Source of the DNA: an uncultured virus (IMG/VR IMGVR_UViG_2711768086_000002)
Taxonomy: Duplodnaviria > Heunggongvirae > Uroviricota > Caudoviricetes
IMG/VR virus record: IMGVR_UViG_2711768086_000002
Reading direction: 5' to 3' (one strand)
DNA: 64,000 nucleotides
The position numbers and the translations under genes were made by a program. This document shows positions 19,589-29,436 of the stretch, in pieces. A model generated the notes under the pieces. It had not been told where the DNA came from. It saw only the letters and a list, made by a program, of their open reading frames with translations, and made no database searches. Every line of letters starts with the position of its first letter. Position 1 is the first letter of the stretch.

Positions 19589-20491
19589 TCACAGGGCGGT
19601 ATATGCGTCTCGCCACGTCACGGCGAGCCGAGCGGTGTTGGTGAAGTCAGTGGCGATCCAGCGCAGTTCGGATCGCCCTGCCGGGATGCGGAACAGGTCC
19701 AGGCGGGAGGATGCGGTGAGCGAGCCAGCCGCGTTGCCGCTGCCGTTGCGCAGGACGGTGCGTGTGCCGGGGCGGGTCTCGATCTGGACGTATTCGCCGT
19801 CGCCGAGGGTGAACGGGGCCATCTCCAGGGCTCGGCTGGTCTCCACGATCCACAGGCGCGGATTGACGATCGGGCCGGTGATGCGGATGCTCGGCCATGC
19901 CGGTCGGTCGCCTACGTTGAGCATCCAGCCGGGCCGGGCCGTGGGGTTGGCGACGCCGGTGGTGATCGGAGCGACCAGCGGCGCGGCGAAGCCCGACTTC
20001 GCGCTTGATATGTCCAGTGGAAGCGTGACACCGGAGGTGCTGTCGGCTTGCCACAGCGGATCGGTCGCGGTGAACTCGATCTCGATTGGTAGCCAGCCAT
20101 GAACCGCGCGGGCGATGGACACGGCCTCTACCCTCCGCACTCGGCCGACCAAGCAGCGCGTCGCCTGGCCTGGGCGCTTGGCGCGCAGCATGACGAGCCG
20201 CCCGGCCTGAAGGCGGGTCTTCTCATCGGTCCCGGCCCGCACCAGGGCCCCGAGCCGGTCGAGGACAGCGGTCGGGTTTCCCGCCGACCGTATGCCTGCG
20301 GTGATCCGCACGGTGCGGGCCTGCTGGAGGTCGACTCCGGCGAAGGACCCGTCCTCCCCGGGAATGTCCACGTCGGCGGTGCGCAGCGGAGCGGTACCGA
20401 GGCCCTGAACGTCCTCGATGAGGACATCAGTGCCGTGGCCGATGACGACGCCGGCCACGTCGAGTTGCCAGTCGGCCAGTTCAGCGGCCAT
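19589..20491 (-). CDS. Distal tail (Dit-like) protein
   Basis: Directly after the tape measure gene; FTATDP.W and N.GD.PAWP.I.I.GP..NP. Confidence 0.8.
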   Translation of the reverse strand: MAAELADWQLDVAGVVIGHGTDVLIEDVQGLGTAPLRTADVDIPGEDGSFAGVDLQQARTVRITAGIRSAGNPTAVLDRLGALVRAGTDEKTRLQAGRLVMLRAKRPGQATRCLVGRVRRVEAVSIARAVHGWLPIEIEFTATDPLWQADSTSGVTLPLDISSAKSGFAAPLVAPITTGVANPTARPGWMLNVGDRPAWPSIRITGPIVNPRLWIVETSRALEMAPFTLGDGEYVQIETRPGTRTVLRNGSGNAAGSLTASSRLDLFRIPAGRSELRWIATDFTNTARLAVTWRDAYTAL

Positions 20492-23400
20492 CAGAGCTGT
20501 CCTCCTCGCTGGACGGCGCGGAGCCGTCGCATCACGGCGTCCGCGAACGCCTCGGGGCGGGCGTCGGCCCCGGTCACGGTTACTGGCATGGATCCGACCA
20601 GCGGGGAGCGGCCGGTGTCCCTGACGACTACGACAGCCGGGCCAGCCGGGTGGGCGGCCACGAGCTTGACCATTCCGGCAGCCGGAACACCGCGTCGTGC
20701 CGTGCGCAGGTCAGCAACCGGCCGGGTTACACCGCCGTCGGCGAAGGAGCGCGCGGCGAGGCGGCCCTTGTCAGGTCCGTAGATGACTTGGCCTCCGAAC
20801 CGGTGCGCGACTTCGTCGAGGATGGCCTTCGAACGGGTCCGCTTCGAGGCGGCGAGCGGCACGTACGCCTCGCCGCCGGTTTCCGGCTCGGCCCAGACCC
20901 GCCATGAGCCGGCGGGGGCGATCTGCGCGATGTGCTGCTCGTCTCGCGGCGGGCGCAGTGCGCCGTTGGCGTAGAAGGACACGAGGCCGCCGTCGGCCCA
21001 GTGGCCCATGCCCGCGATGTGGGGGGATCCGTCGGAGTTGTAGCCGTCGTAGCTGAAGTGGACGGGGATGTTGATGTCGTCGGGCTTGTTGACGTTGACG
21101 TTGATCGTCTTTGAGCCTGGGATGGCCCGCACGGACGCGCCGATGCTGTCCAGGGCGGCCTGGACCTTGCCCATGTCGCCGGACAGCAGTGCCTCGGTGA
21201 GCGCCTGTGCAGCGGCGGCGCCCTTCTCCTTGCTGACCTGGGCGATCAGGTTGAGCATCGCCGACCACTGGTCGTTGGCGCTCGTACCGGCGACCTTGAA
21301 CGCTCCGACGACTGCACTGAGGTCGGGCGCGCTGATCGGCTGCTTGCTGCCCCAGATCGTCTGCAGGGTCGTCATCGCGCCCTCGATGTCGCCTGCCAGC
21401 AGGGAATGGGCGAAGCCCTGCGCTGCGTCGACGCCCTTGGCCTGTGCCACCTGCGTGACAAGGTCGAGTCCTGTGGCCATCTGCGAGCGGGACGCGTCCG
21501 TTCCTGCCTGGACTGCCTTCGTCATGTCGGTGACGGCCATCTGCTGGAGGATCTTCCCGAAGGCGGCCACGTCGTTGGTCTGAGCAGCGGTAGCCCAGGC
21601 GCGGGCGGTGGCTTCGCCGTACTTCGCGGCGATGCCTGGCAGTTGCTCCAGACCGGCCTGGAAGGTGTTCTGGCTGCGGGCAGCGTCCTCCGCGACGATC
21701 GACTGAAGCTCGTCGGCGACCTTCGTCTTGCCGTCCTTGAGCTGGCGTACCAGCTCGTCGAGCATCGGGGCGGCCGAGACGCCGAGTTCAGCGAAGTGGT
21801 TGGTCAGGTCGCCGTATCCGGCGATCGCGAGTTCGGACAGGTTGTTCTGGAAGTCCCGCTGTGCCTGGAGCTGGCGGCGCAGTTCGGCGAGGTAGTCGTC
21901 CAGACCGGCCCGGGTGGCGTCGACCAGCCCGGAGAGCTGCTCGGCTGCGCCCTTCTTCCCGGCCTTGAGGTTGGCCACGAGGTCGTGGGCCATGCCGGCC
22001 GAGGCGTCGCCGAGTGAGCGGAAGTGCTCGGCAAGCGGTCCGTAGCCGCGGGTGGTGAGCTCGTCCAGGTCCTGCTGGAAGGACCTGCTGGCCTTGGACT
22101 GCTCGGAGAGTTTGTCGATGTACCCCGAGATGCTGGTCTTCGTCAGGTCGATCTGAAGGCCCGCAGTGCGGCTGCTGGAGGCTGCCCGGTCCTGCGCCGC
22201 CTTCCATGCTTCGGTCGGCTGGACGATGTCGCCGATGGCCTTCCCCAGAGCCTTCATGCTCTCGGAGTACTTCGGGGCGCCGTCCTTGTCGGTCGGTAGG
22301 AGCTTCTCCAGCGACCACGGGCCTCCTGCGCCCTGCACGGCACTGTCAACCTTCGCCTTGACGATGTTCATGGCGTCGGCGTACTCGGCTGCGGCCTTCA
22401 CCGCGTCGGACCAGGACTTCGAGCGGTCCTGGAGGATCTTCTTGGCCTGGTCGAAGTTGGTGTCGTACGCCCCCAGGTTCGGATCCCACGACTTGGCCTT
22501 GCCGATGTCGAGCTTTTCGTTGAGCGCAGCCAGCTTGTCGCCGCCGCTCACCAGTCCGTCGATGACCTCGTTGAGCTCCAGGCCAACGGACTTCAGCTTC
22601 TTCATGTCGTCCGAGTTGGCCAGGCTCTCCGTAAGGGCCCGCAGTCCGGCGCCCGCGTCGTGCTCCTCCTTCTCGCGGCGAAGGGCGGCCACGAGGTCGT
22701 CCGTGGCGGCCTTGGCCTGCTGCTTGCTGGCGGAGTAGGCGGCGTAGCCGAGGACGCCGATCGCCAGCAGACCAGTCAGGCCCGACACCGCCAGGCTCGT
22801 GCCCCGCAGCACAGCGGGCAGCACAGACCCGCCGGCGGCAGCCTCGGCGGCGGCGGCTCGGAACGCGGCTAGCTGTGAGGTGATCTGGGCGAGGCCCGCC
22901 CGCCCGATCATGGCGGCAGCGGACAGGGCGATGAGGATTCCGGCGGCCTCCTTCACCGGGCCTGGCAGGTCACCGATCGCCCCGGCGACGATCCCGGCGT
23001 ACTGGGCCAGCTCCTGGAGGACGGGCAGCAGGACGCCCGCAAGGTTCATGCCGAGTGCCGAAGCCTTGTTCTTGAACAGGTCCCACTGGCCGCTGGTGGT
23101 GTCCATCTGGATCGCGTAGGCGCGCTGGGTGGCCCCGGCTCGCTCGATCTGGAAGTTGATGGCCTGGTAGGTGTCGGCGTAGTTCTTGCCGTCGGCGGCG
23201 GCGAGCGCGAGCGCGGCCCTCGTCGCCCTGATGTCCTTGAAGAGGTTGGCTGTGGCCTCGGCCTGGCCGTGGGTCACCGCGTTGATCTTGCCCATGACGA
23301 CGTACAGGCCGTCTTGCTGGACCGCGCTGGCCGCCGACTCGTAGCCCAGCGACTTCATCAGGTCGCCGAGGTCCTTCGTCGGCTTCATCATGCGCGTCAT

Positions 23401-24684
23401 CAGCATGTTCAGCGCGGTTGCGGACTCAGCCGCGGGGATCCCAGCGAGGGTGATCGCGGCCAGCGCCGACGACAGGTCGGCGAAGCTCACTCCGGCGGCG
23501 GCGGCCATCGGCACCACGTCGCCGAGCTGCTGCGCGAGCTCCGAGAACGAGACCACACCTTTGTTGACCGTCTGGAACATGATGTCCATGACGTCCGCCG
23601 CCGCCGATGCCGGCAGGCCGTACGCCTTCAGGACGCCGAGCAGCGCCCGAGCGGACACCTCGGTCGTCGTGAGGCCGGCCGAAGCGCCCTGGGCGGCCAC
23701 CCTCAGGATGGTCATCGCCTCGGCGCCGTCGAAGCCCGTGCTGACGATCTGGTACAGGCCCTCCGCCAACTGCTTAGAGCTCTGGGGTAGTTCGGTAGAC
23801 AGGCGGATTATCTGGTCGGTGAACGCGCCAACGTTCCGGCCGTCGATCTGCCGCGAGATCGTCAGCACGTTGGCCATCTCCTTCTCCAGGGAGATGGACC
23901 CCGCGACGCCGGCGGCCAGGATCGCCGCGAGGACCAGGCCGCCCTTCACGAACCCGGAGATCCGTGCGGCCGTGGCGGCCTGCGCGGCTGCGGCCGCCTC
24001 GTTCTGCGCGCGGGTGACGGCTGCGGTAGCGGCGACCGTTCGCTGTGCCGCCTGCTCCTCTGCGGCGACCTGGCCGGCTCGGGCCTGGCTCGCAGCGACG
24101 GCGGCCGCGGCCGCGCTTGCGCTGGTTCGCTCGGCGAGCAGGGCGGCACGCGCGGCGGTTTCCTGCGCGGCGGCGGCCCTCGTCGCCTGGGCGGTCTGGG
24201 CCTCCGCCGCGCGGGTGGCGGACGCGGCAGCCGCTTCGGCTGTCCGCTGGGCGGCTGCCGCTCCTGCTCCGGCCGTGGCCTGCGCGCGAGCAGCCATGGT
24301 TTGGGCGATCTCCTGCGCGCGGGTAGCGCGCGTGGTGGCCTCTACGGCAGCGGTCTGCTCAGTCTGTGCGCGGGCGGCAGCCGATGCAGCGACGGCCTGC
24401 GCACGACCGGCGCGCTCAGCCGCCGCTGTGGCGGTGGTCTGGGCTGCTGCCGACCGTTCGACAGCCGCCTGCACCTCTGCCTGGGATCGCACGACCGCGG
24501 CCGCAGCCGCGACCTGGGCCTGCCCGAGTCGCTCGGCTGCCGCCTCGACGCGCTGCAACTCGGCACGGGTGTTGGACAGTTGTCCGTCGAAGGCGCGAAG
24601 CTGCTGGGCTCCGCCGCGCAGGCCGGTGGTCAGGCCCGACAATCCGGCCTGGAGCTGGACGTACAGGGTGTAGGCGCTGGCCAC
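20491..24684 (-). CDS. Tape measure protein
   Basis: 1397 aa Ala-rich helical protein, TP901-like core, C-terminal WAEPETGGEAYVPL. Confidence 0.92.
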   Translation of the reverse strand: MASAYTLYVQLQAGLSGLTTGLRGGAQQLRAFDGQLSNTRAELQRVEAAAERLGQAQVAAAAAVVRSQAEVQAAVERSAAAQTTATAAAERAGRAQAVAASAAARAQTEQTAAVEATTRATRAQEIAQTMAARAQATAGAGAAAAQRTAEAAAASATRAAEAQTAQATRAAAAQETAARAALLAERTSASAAAAAVAASQARAGQVAAEEQAAQRTVAATAAVTRAQNEAAAAAQAATAARISGFVKGGLVLAAILAAGVAGSISLEKEMANVLTISRQIDGRNVGAFTDQIIRLSTELPQSSKQLAEGLYQIVSTGFDGAEAMTILRVAAQGASAGLTTTEVSARALLGVLKAYGLPASAAADVMDIMFQTVNKGVVSFSELAQQLGDVVPMAAAAGVSFADLSSALAAITLAGIPAAESATALNMLMTRMMKPTKDLGDLMKSLGYESAASAVQQDGLYVVMGKINAVTHGQAEATANLFKDIRATRAALALAAADGKNYADTYQAINFQIERAGATQRAYAIQMDTTSGQWDLFKNKASALGMNLAGVLLPVLQELAQYAGIVAGAIGDLPGPVKEAAGILIALSAAAMIGRAGLAQITSQLAAFRAAAAEAAAGGSVLPAVLRGTSLAVSGLTGLLAIGVLGYAAYSASKQQAKAATDDLVAALRREKEEHDAGAGLRALTESLANSDDMKKLKSVGLELNEVIDGLVSGGDKLAALNEKLDIGKAKSWDPNLGAYDTNFDQAKKILQDRSKSWSDAVKAAAEYADAMNIVKAKVDSAVQGAGGPWSLEKLLPTDKDGAPKYSESMKALGKAIGDIVQPTEAWKAAQDRAASSSRTAGLQIDLTKTSISGYIDKLSEQSKASRSFQQDLDELTTRGYGPLAEHFRSLGDASAGMAHDLVANLKAGKKGAAEQLSGLVDATRAGLDDYLAELRRQLQAQRDFQNNLSELAIAGYGDLTNHFAELGVSAAPMLDELVRQLKDGKTKVADELQSIVAEDAARSQNTFQAGLEQLPGIAAKYGEATARAWATAAQTNDVAAFGKILQQMAVTDMTKAVQAGTDASRSQMATGLDLVTQVAQAKGVDAAQGFAHSLLAGDIEGAMTTLQTIWGSKQPISAPDLSAVVGAFKVAGTSANDQWSAMLNLIAQVSKEKGAAAAQALTEALLSGDMGKVQAALDSIGASVRAIPGSKTINVNVNKPDDINIPVHFSYDGYNSDGSPHIAGMGHWADGGLVSFYANGALRPPRDEQHIAQIAPAGSWRVWAEPETGGEAYVPLAASKRTRSKAILDEVAHRFGGQVIYGPDKGRLAARSFADGGVTRPVADLRTARRGVPAAGMVKLVAAHPAGPAVVVVRDTGRSPLVGSMPVTVTGADARPEAFADAVMRRLRAVQRGGQL

Positions 24685-24690
24685 GCCTGA

Positions 24691-25032
24691 TCACTCCGTT
24701 CTGGGCCGTAGCCCGATCTTCACCCCGCGCGACTCAGACCCCTGGGGGACCTGCTCCTGCTCCATCTCGATCAGCTCGCAGCCGGAGCAGCGATGCGACT
24801 CCGCCACGTACGCGAACCGGTCACCGCCCGCGGCCTCGTCCCACTCCGACGGCCGGGTGCCGCAGCCCTCGCATACCGCCCGTGTGAAGTGGAGGTACGC
24901 GAGGGCTTTCGCCCGGTCGAGTGCCGTCCAGCGGCCGGTTCCGGCACCCATTAGCTGGGAGTGCGGGATGCCGTAGGCCGCGCACAGTTCCATCTCCGAC
25001 CTGAACTGCGGGTCGGCTACGAGCCTTTTCCC
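24691..25032 (-). CDS. Tail assembly chaperone, -1 frameshift extension (gpGT-like)
   Basis: Open -1 frame after slippery GGGAAAA; ends just before the tape measure gene. Confidence 0.75.
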   Translation of the reverse strand, partial: GKRLVADPQFRSEMELCAAYGIPHSQLMGAGTGRWTALDRAKALAYLHFTRAVCEGCGTRPSEWDEAAGGDRFAYVAESHRCSGCELIEMEQEQVPQGSESRGVKIGLRPRTE

Positions 25033-25625
25033 AGGTCGGCCCGAATCGTCTGGTTGGGCAGAAGCGCGGCCGTGAACAGGACCTTGGCGTCCGTGTCCGA
25101 CCACTCGTCGAGCAGTTCCTGGGCGTCCTGCACGCTCATCCCGTCGACCTCGGCGCCGGTCTCGTCCCGCTCCACGTGGCACGCGGCGATCAGTGCGGCC
25201 GGGAAGGTGTTGACGTCGTACTCCATGCCCTTGTCGGCCTGGTCCTCGCTGGGCGCGTGCTCGCGCAGCAGCTGCTCCCAGGCCGGCCTGGGAAGGGCTC
25301 GGAACGTCAGGGTGAACGTGGCCTCGGCGAGAGCGTGTTCGGCCGTCGCCAGGAGGGACTGAGCGATGACGACCTGCGGCTGCGACTCCAGCCAGGCGTC
25401 CTGCTCCGTCTCCGGAATCCCGGCGACGGTCGCGGCAGCGCGGGCGTCGGAGCGAGCCTTCACCAGGCTGAGCGTCGCTTCCGACACGGCCCGCTTCGCG
25501 TCGTCGTTGTCGCAGAGGCTGACGGCGCGCTCCGGCAGGCGACGGGCCCGCAACCGGTCCATCTTGGTCCGCCAGTGCGCGTCCCGCGCCACTGCGGCGG
25601 CCGGGGGTTCGTGCGTGGTCGTCAT
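25017..25625 (-). CDS. Tail assembly chaperone (gpG-like)
   Basis: Between the major tail and tape measure genes; ends ...DLGKGS over GGGAAAA. Confidence 0.8.
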   Translation of the reverse strand: MTTTHEPPAAAVARDAHWRTKMDRLRARRLPERAVSLCDNDDAKRAVSEATLSLVKARSDARAAATVAGIPETEQDAWLESQPQVVIAQSLLATAEHALAEATFTLTFRALPRPAWEQLLREHAPSEDQADKGMEYDVNTFPAALIAACHVERDETGAEVDGMSVQDAQELLDEWSDTDAKVLFTAALLPNQTIRADLGKGS

Positions 25626-25636
25626 CGCTTCGCCCC

Positions 25637-26131
25637 TCAGCTCGCGGCCGGAACGGCAGCGTCGAGCGTCGGAACGTCCGTGATCGCGAAAGAGACCTTG
25701 AACTTGGCGGGCTCGGTGCCGGTGCTGTAGCTCGGGGCTCGGGAGCCGACGCGCACGGGGAAGATGTCCATGCTCTTGCTGGCCGGGACGTCGCCCTTGC
25801 GCAGGATGACGACGTAGCCGGTGACGTCCTTGGACAGCAGGGTCTCGACGGTCTCGCTGACCAGGTCCTCGTAGAAGGTGAGGCTGGAGCTCGCGGCCTT
25901 GTCCTCGCCAGGGATGCTGGTGCTGAACTTCGAGCCGAGGTCAGGGGTTTCGATCGGGCTGTTCTCCAGGCTCCAGCCTTCGACATCCGAGACCTGCTTG
26001 GACAGGTCCGTGGAGCCCGGTCCGGTGGTGAGCTCGGCTCGGGTCGGGACGTTGGTGGGCGCCGCGATGGTCTTGAGGAAGAAGATCCGGGTGATGCCCC
26101 GGCGCATGAACCGCTGCTGCGTGGATGCCAC
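25637..26131 (-). CDS. Major tail (tube) protein
   Basis: PTRAEL...DLS...GW...TPDLGS.F...IPG pattern; position. Confidence 0.85.
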   Translation of the reverse strand: MASTQQRFMRRGITRIFFLKTIAAPTNVPTRAELTTGPGSTDLSKQVSDVEGWSLENSPIETPDLGSKFSTSIPGEDKAASSSLTFYEDLVSETVETLLSKDVTGYVVILRKGDVPASKSMDIFPVRVGSRAPSYSTGTEPAKFKVSFAITDVPTLDAAVPAAS

Positions 26132-26279
26132 GCTCGACTCTCAATCCGGGGACACAGACCACCGGAATCACCGGAGACCCGTCCCCTGAGAAACCGCCCG
26201 TCGGGACGGTCAGGAGTCAGCCCGTGCCGGCGGCCGGGCGTCCGTGCTTGGGTCTCCACGGTGAGATGGTGCGAGCGGG

Positions 26280-26717
26280 TCAGCTGTCTGGAGTGGTCAC
26301 GTGCAGGATGATCCGCTGCACGTAACTGTATACGCCGCTGACGACTGTCACTCCGTCTTCCTTGTCGATCTCCCGGCCGATGACGGTGTGTCCGGAGATC
26401 GGGATCGCGGTCACGTACCCCCCGGTCTTGGTCCGGGCGAGCAGCGCGACGCGGACCTTGTCACTCATCCACTCGGCTTGCTCAGCGGTCGTGCCAATGC
26501 TGGTCACCTGGTAGAGCATCCGCCCGTCGCCGTCGCCATCGCCGAAGGGCGGCCCCGAGCTGGTGCCGCCCAGGGGGTAGAGCACGCAGTACGGGATGGT
26601 CACGCCGGTGGGCTTGTCGCTGGCCGTCGGCGCGGTTCCGTACCCGCAGCTGCGGCCGGTCGCGGTAGAGAGCGCGGTCTGCACGGCCAGGGAGACAACT
26701 CGACCCTGCACAGGCAT
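26280..26717 (-). CDS. Tail terminator protein
   Basis: PYCVLYP...YQVTSIG...QAEW..DKVR; position. Confidence 0.7.
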   Translation of the reverse strand: MPVQGRVVSLAVQTALSTATGRSCGYGTAPTASDKPTGVTIPYCVLYPLGGTSSGPPFGDGDGDGRMLYQVTSIGTTAEQAEWMSDKVRVALLARTKTGGYVTAIPISGHTVIGREIDKEDGVTVVSGVYSYVQRIILHVTTPDS

Positions 26718-26719
26718 GG

Positions 26720-26983
26720 TTACTCGTCCTCCTCTTCTTCGTCGTCGATTGCCATCCGGTCGGCGGTGATCCGGCCCGCCAGGTCCATGTCGGCGTAGCG
26801 GATCATCCCGGCCCGGTCCCAGGCAGGCATGTCGGCCGGTGAGGCTTCCACGTAGAGGCCCAGCTGTCCGTCCTGCTCATCGAGGACCTCGATCACGAGC
26901 ACAGCGCGGGAAAGCAGACCAGCGCCGTGCGCTTGCAGGACTCGGGCGACGGCCTCGTGGATGTCGTCCGTGAGCTGACTCAT
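26720..26983 (-). CDS. Hypothetical acidic protein
   Basis: Coupled within the neck gene cluster. Confidence 0.6.
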   Translation of the reverse strand: MSQLTDDIHEAVARVLQAHGAGLLSRAVLVIEVLDEQDGQLGLYVEASPADMPAWDRAGMIRYADMDLAGRITADRMAIDDEEEEDE

Positions 26984-27411
26984 CGGTCGCCCTCCGCGAT
27001 CCGGCCCATGGCGTCGACAAACAGCGGAGTGACTCGCTCAACTGCCGGGCCAACGTGCGGGTAGGGCGGCTGGTGGTAGATGCGACCGAGGATGTCGGGT
27101 CCTACAAAGCCGTACTCGAGGCGGCGCGCCTGCGGCTTGTTCGTGCCGACGACCGCCTCGACGCCAGCGGCGGTGACACGAACGTCGTTGGTCCAGCTGC
27201 GCCGGTAGTCGCCCGTCGGCGCGTTCGGGCCCGGCCGACCGGAGGCATTCGCCTTGATGGCTGTCTCCAGCAGCATGGCGTGGTGACGCACCACAGAGAC
27301 GGCTGCGGGCAGCAACGACGCTGCTCGCGCTTCGAGCTGGGCAGCGATCTGTGCACCGTTGCTGTACGCCCCGGCGGCAGGGTGCGCGTTGGGGTGCGGG
27401 GTGGACGCCAT
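26980..27411 (-). CDS. HK97 gp10-like neck protein
   Basis: TGDYRRSW...VGTN..QARRLEYG...PYPH..PA. Confidence 0.8.
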   Translation of the reverse strand: MASTPHPNAHPAAGAYSNGAQIAAQLEARAASLLPAAVSVVRHHAMLLETAIKANASGRPGPNAPTGDYRRSWTNDVRVTAAGVEAVVGTNKPQARRLEYGFVGPDILGRIYHQPPYPHVGPAVERVTPLFVDAMGRIAEGDR

Positions 27412-27809
27412 CAGCCCACCTCGTCCAGGGCAGCCCACTTGCCGACTGCCCACTCCTGGAGCTGCATCAGGAGCGCACGGGTGTACTCGCCTGGCCCGCC
27501 GTCCATCAGGTCGTGCCGGTTGAGAACCGTCCGCTCCAGCTCCCCCGCGTCCATGGCGCCCAGGAATGCGGCGGCGGCCGGGCCCGGGTCTGGCGGCTCT
27601 CCGATGCTCACGCGCGCCAAGCCCTCCCACCCGTCCGACGCGGTCGGCCTGAGCAGGAGGGCCAGTTCCGGAAGCTCTCCGGCGCGGTGGCTCAGCGTGT
27701 AGGCCCGGACCTGCGAGGCGACATCGCGGCCGTCGATCTCCAGGCGGGCGTGCGGTCCGTCGGCCACGATCCGGACATGGCTCGGCTCATCGGGAAGGGT
27801 GGGGGTCAT
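27411..27809 (-). CDS. Hypothetical protein
   Basis: Coupled ORF in the neck region. Confidence 0.55.
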   Translation of the reverse strand: MTPTLPDEPSHVRIVADGPHARLEIDGRDVASQVRAYTLSHRAGELPELALLLRPTASDGWEGLARVSIGEPPDPGPAAAAFLGAMDAGELERTVLNRHDLMDGGPGEYTRALLMQLQEWAVGKWAALDEVG

Positions 27810-27853
27810 GATCCGACCCTAGGAGCCGCGACGGACAGTACTGGTGGCGCAGG

Positions 27854-28276
27854 TCAGGGCGGGGTGATCTCGTCGAGCCGGGTGATCCTGGCGACCTCTA
27901 CCGTGCTGGCCTCGGCTGGGTCGAGGACCTGCCAGACCCTGCCGACGGTGCCAGTCGTCGGTGACGCGGCGACAACTACTTCCAGCCGGTCGCCGCGCTG
28001 GGGCAAGGGAGCGGACAGGGGCGTGACGAGCCCATACCAACTCGCTGCATCGTCAACCCACTTCGCGCCAACCAAGTGCTCGACGGTGGACAGGCCGTGC
28101 GAGGAGAGGACTGCGCCAGGTCCTTCCCAGACGGTGGATGCGGGCACGGGGCCGACCAGACCCGTGTCGACGTCCAACGCCGCTGTCCCGGTCGGCCGGG
28201 AGATCCGCACGCGGTCCACCATGACGGTGTTCTCCAGGCTCTGGCGGACCGCGTCGAGGTCCGGTGGCGTGCTCAC
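27854..28276 (-). CDS. Head-closure / DUF6093-like protein, paralog 2
   Basis: DRVRISRP...D..TG...VWEGPG...TPLSAP. Confidence 0.65.
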   Translation of the reverse strand: MSTPPDLDAVRQSLENTVMVDRVRISRPTGTAALDVDTGLVGPVPASTVWEGPGAVLSSHGLSTVEHLVGAKWVDDAASWYGLVTPLSAPLPQRGDRLEVVVAASPTTGTVGRVWQVLDPAEASTVEVARITRLDEITPP

Positions 28277-28719
28277 GCGGTGCCTCCCGTTTTCTGGATA
28301 CGCATCCAGGTGGCTCGAAGCACCTCAACGGTGCCGGTCTCGCCAGGGTCGAGGACCGTCCAGACCCTCCCGATCGCGGCGCTGTCCTCGCTGTGCACAA
28401 CGGTCACCAGGTCACCGGTTGAGGCCACGGGCGCGGACAACGGTGTGAACAGGGTGTAGCGGGCGTCGCCGTCGTCGCGGTACGGCTGGCCTTCAAGCCG
28501 CAGCACGATGCCCGGGCCTCCTGCGGGACGGTGCGCGCCTGGGCCCTCGTACACAGTGACGTCGGGCCCAGGCACGTACTGTCCGGTGGCGGGGTCGAGG
28601 ACCATCGGCCCGGGTCGGTAGATCCGAACGGTCTCGATCAGGAGCTTGCGCTCCACCACGGCGGCCACCGAGGCCGGGAGGATGCTGCTCGTAGCAGTTG
28701 GGGGTGTGGGGCTGCTCAT
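28273..28719 (-). CDS. Head-closure / DUF6093-like protein, paralog 1
   Basis: ETVRIYRP...DPATG...VYEGPG...TPLSAP. Confidence 0.65.
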   Translation of the reverse strand: MSSPTPPTATSSILPASVAAVVERKLLIETVRIYRPGPMVLDPATGQYVPGPDVTVYEGPGAHRPAGGPGIVLRLEGQPYRDDGDARYTLFTPLSAPVASTGDLVTVVHSEDSAAIGRVWTVLDPGETGTVEVLRATWMRIQKTGGTA

Positions 28720-28770
28720 GATTCGAGCGTAGGTAGCGTGTCGGACACCCCCAGGCGAGGCGCTCGTCAG

Positions 28771-29364
28771 TCAGTGACTTGGCGCCAACGCAAGGCGCTC
28801 GATGCGAGCCGCGAGTTCCGGGTCGTCAGCGGTCCTTCCCAGGCGACATGAAGTGAGAGTTCGTACTGAGTTCGCCTCGACACCGCGCATGCTCATGCAG
28901 AGGTGCTCGCCTTCGGCGTAGACCGCGACGTCATCGGTGCCGGCCTGCTTGGCGATGTCCTCCGCAACGGCCTGCGTGATCCGTTCCTGGAGCTGTAGAC
29001 CGTGAGTGTGGACGCGCAGCTGGCGCACCAGCTTGGACAAGCCGAGGACTTGGGCTTGGGGAACATAGGCAATCGAGACGGTGAGGTGGAACGGCAGCAA
29101 GTGGTGCTCGCACAAGCTCCAGGCGCGGATGCCGCGCAGCATGACGAAGTCGCCGTGATTGCTGGTGTGGTTGAAGGCTGTGCCGAGGGTGCCGGGGTCA
29201 CGGTTGAGGAACTCGGTCCACCACGCGGCGACCCGGCGCGGTGTGTCGACGAGTCCTTCGCGCTCTGGGTCCTCGCCGAGGGCGAGCAGCAGCTCGCGGG
29301 TGAGGCTCTCCACGCGTCGGGTGTCGACGGGTCGTCGAGCGGGCGAAGGTATGGAGGTGGCCAT
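28771..29364 (-). CDS. folE: GTP cyclohydrolase I
   Basis: GL.DTP.RVA, SLCEHHLLPF, GLSKL.R, LQERIT, HLCMSMRG. Confidence 0.95.
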   Translation of the reverse strand: MATSIPSPARRPVDTRRVESLTRELLLALGEDPEREGLVDTPRRVAAWWTEFLNRDPGTLGTAFNHTSNHGDFVMLRGIRAWSLCEHHLLPFHLTVSIAYVPQAQVLGLSKLVRQLRVHTHGLQLQERITQAVAEDIAKQAGTDDVAVYAEGEHLCMSMRGVEANSVRTLTSCRLGRTADDPELAARIERLALAPSH

Positions 29365-29436
29365 TGAGGCTCCTTCGAGAAAAGTTCGACTGACAGCCGT
29401 GCCTGACAGGCCGGCGTGTGTCCGCGACGCTCGTCG

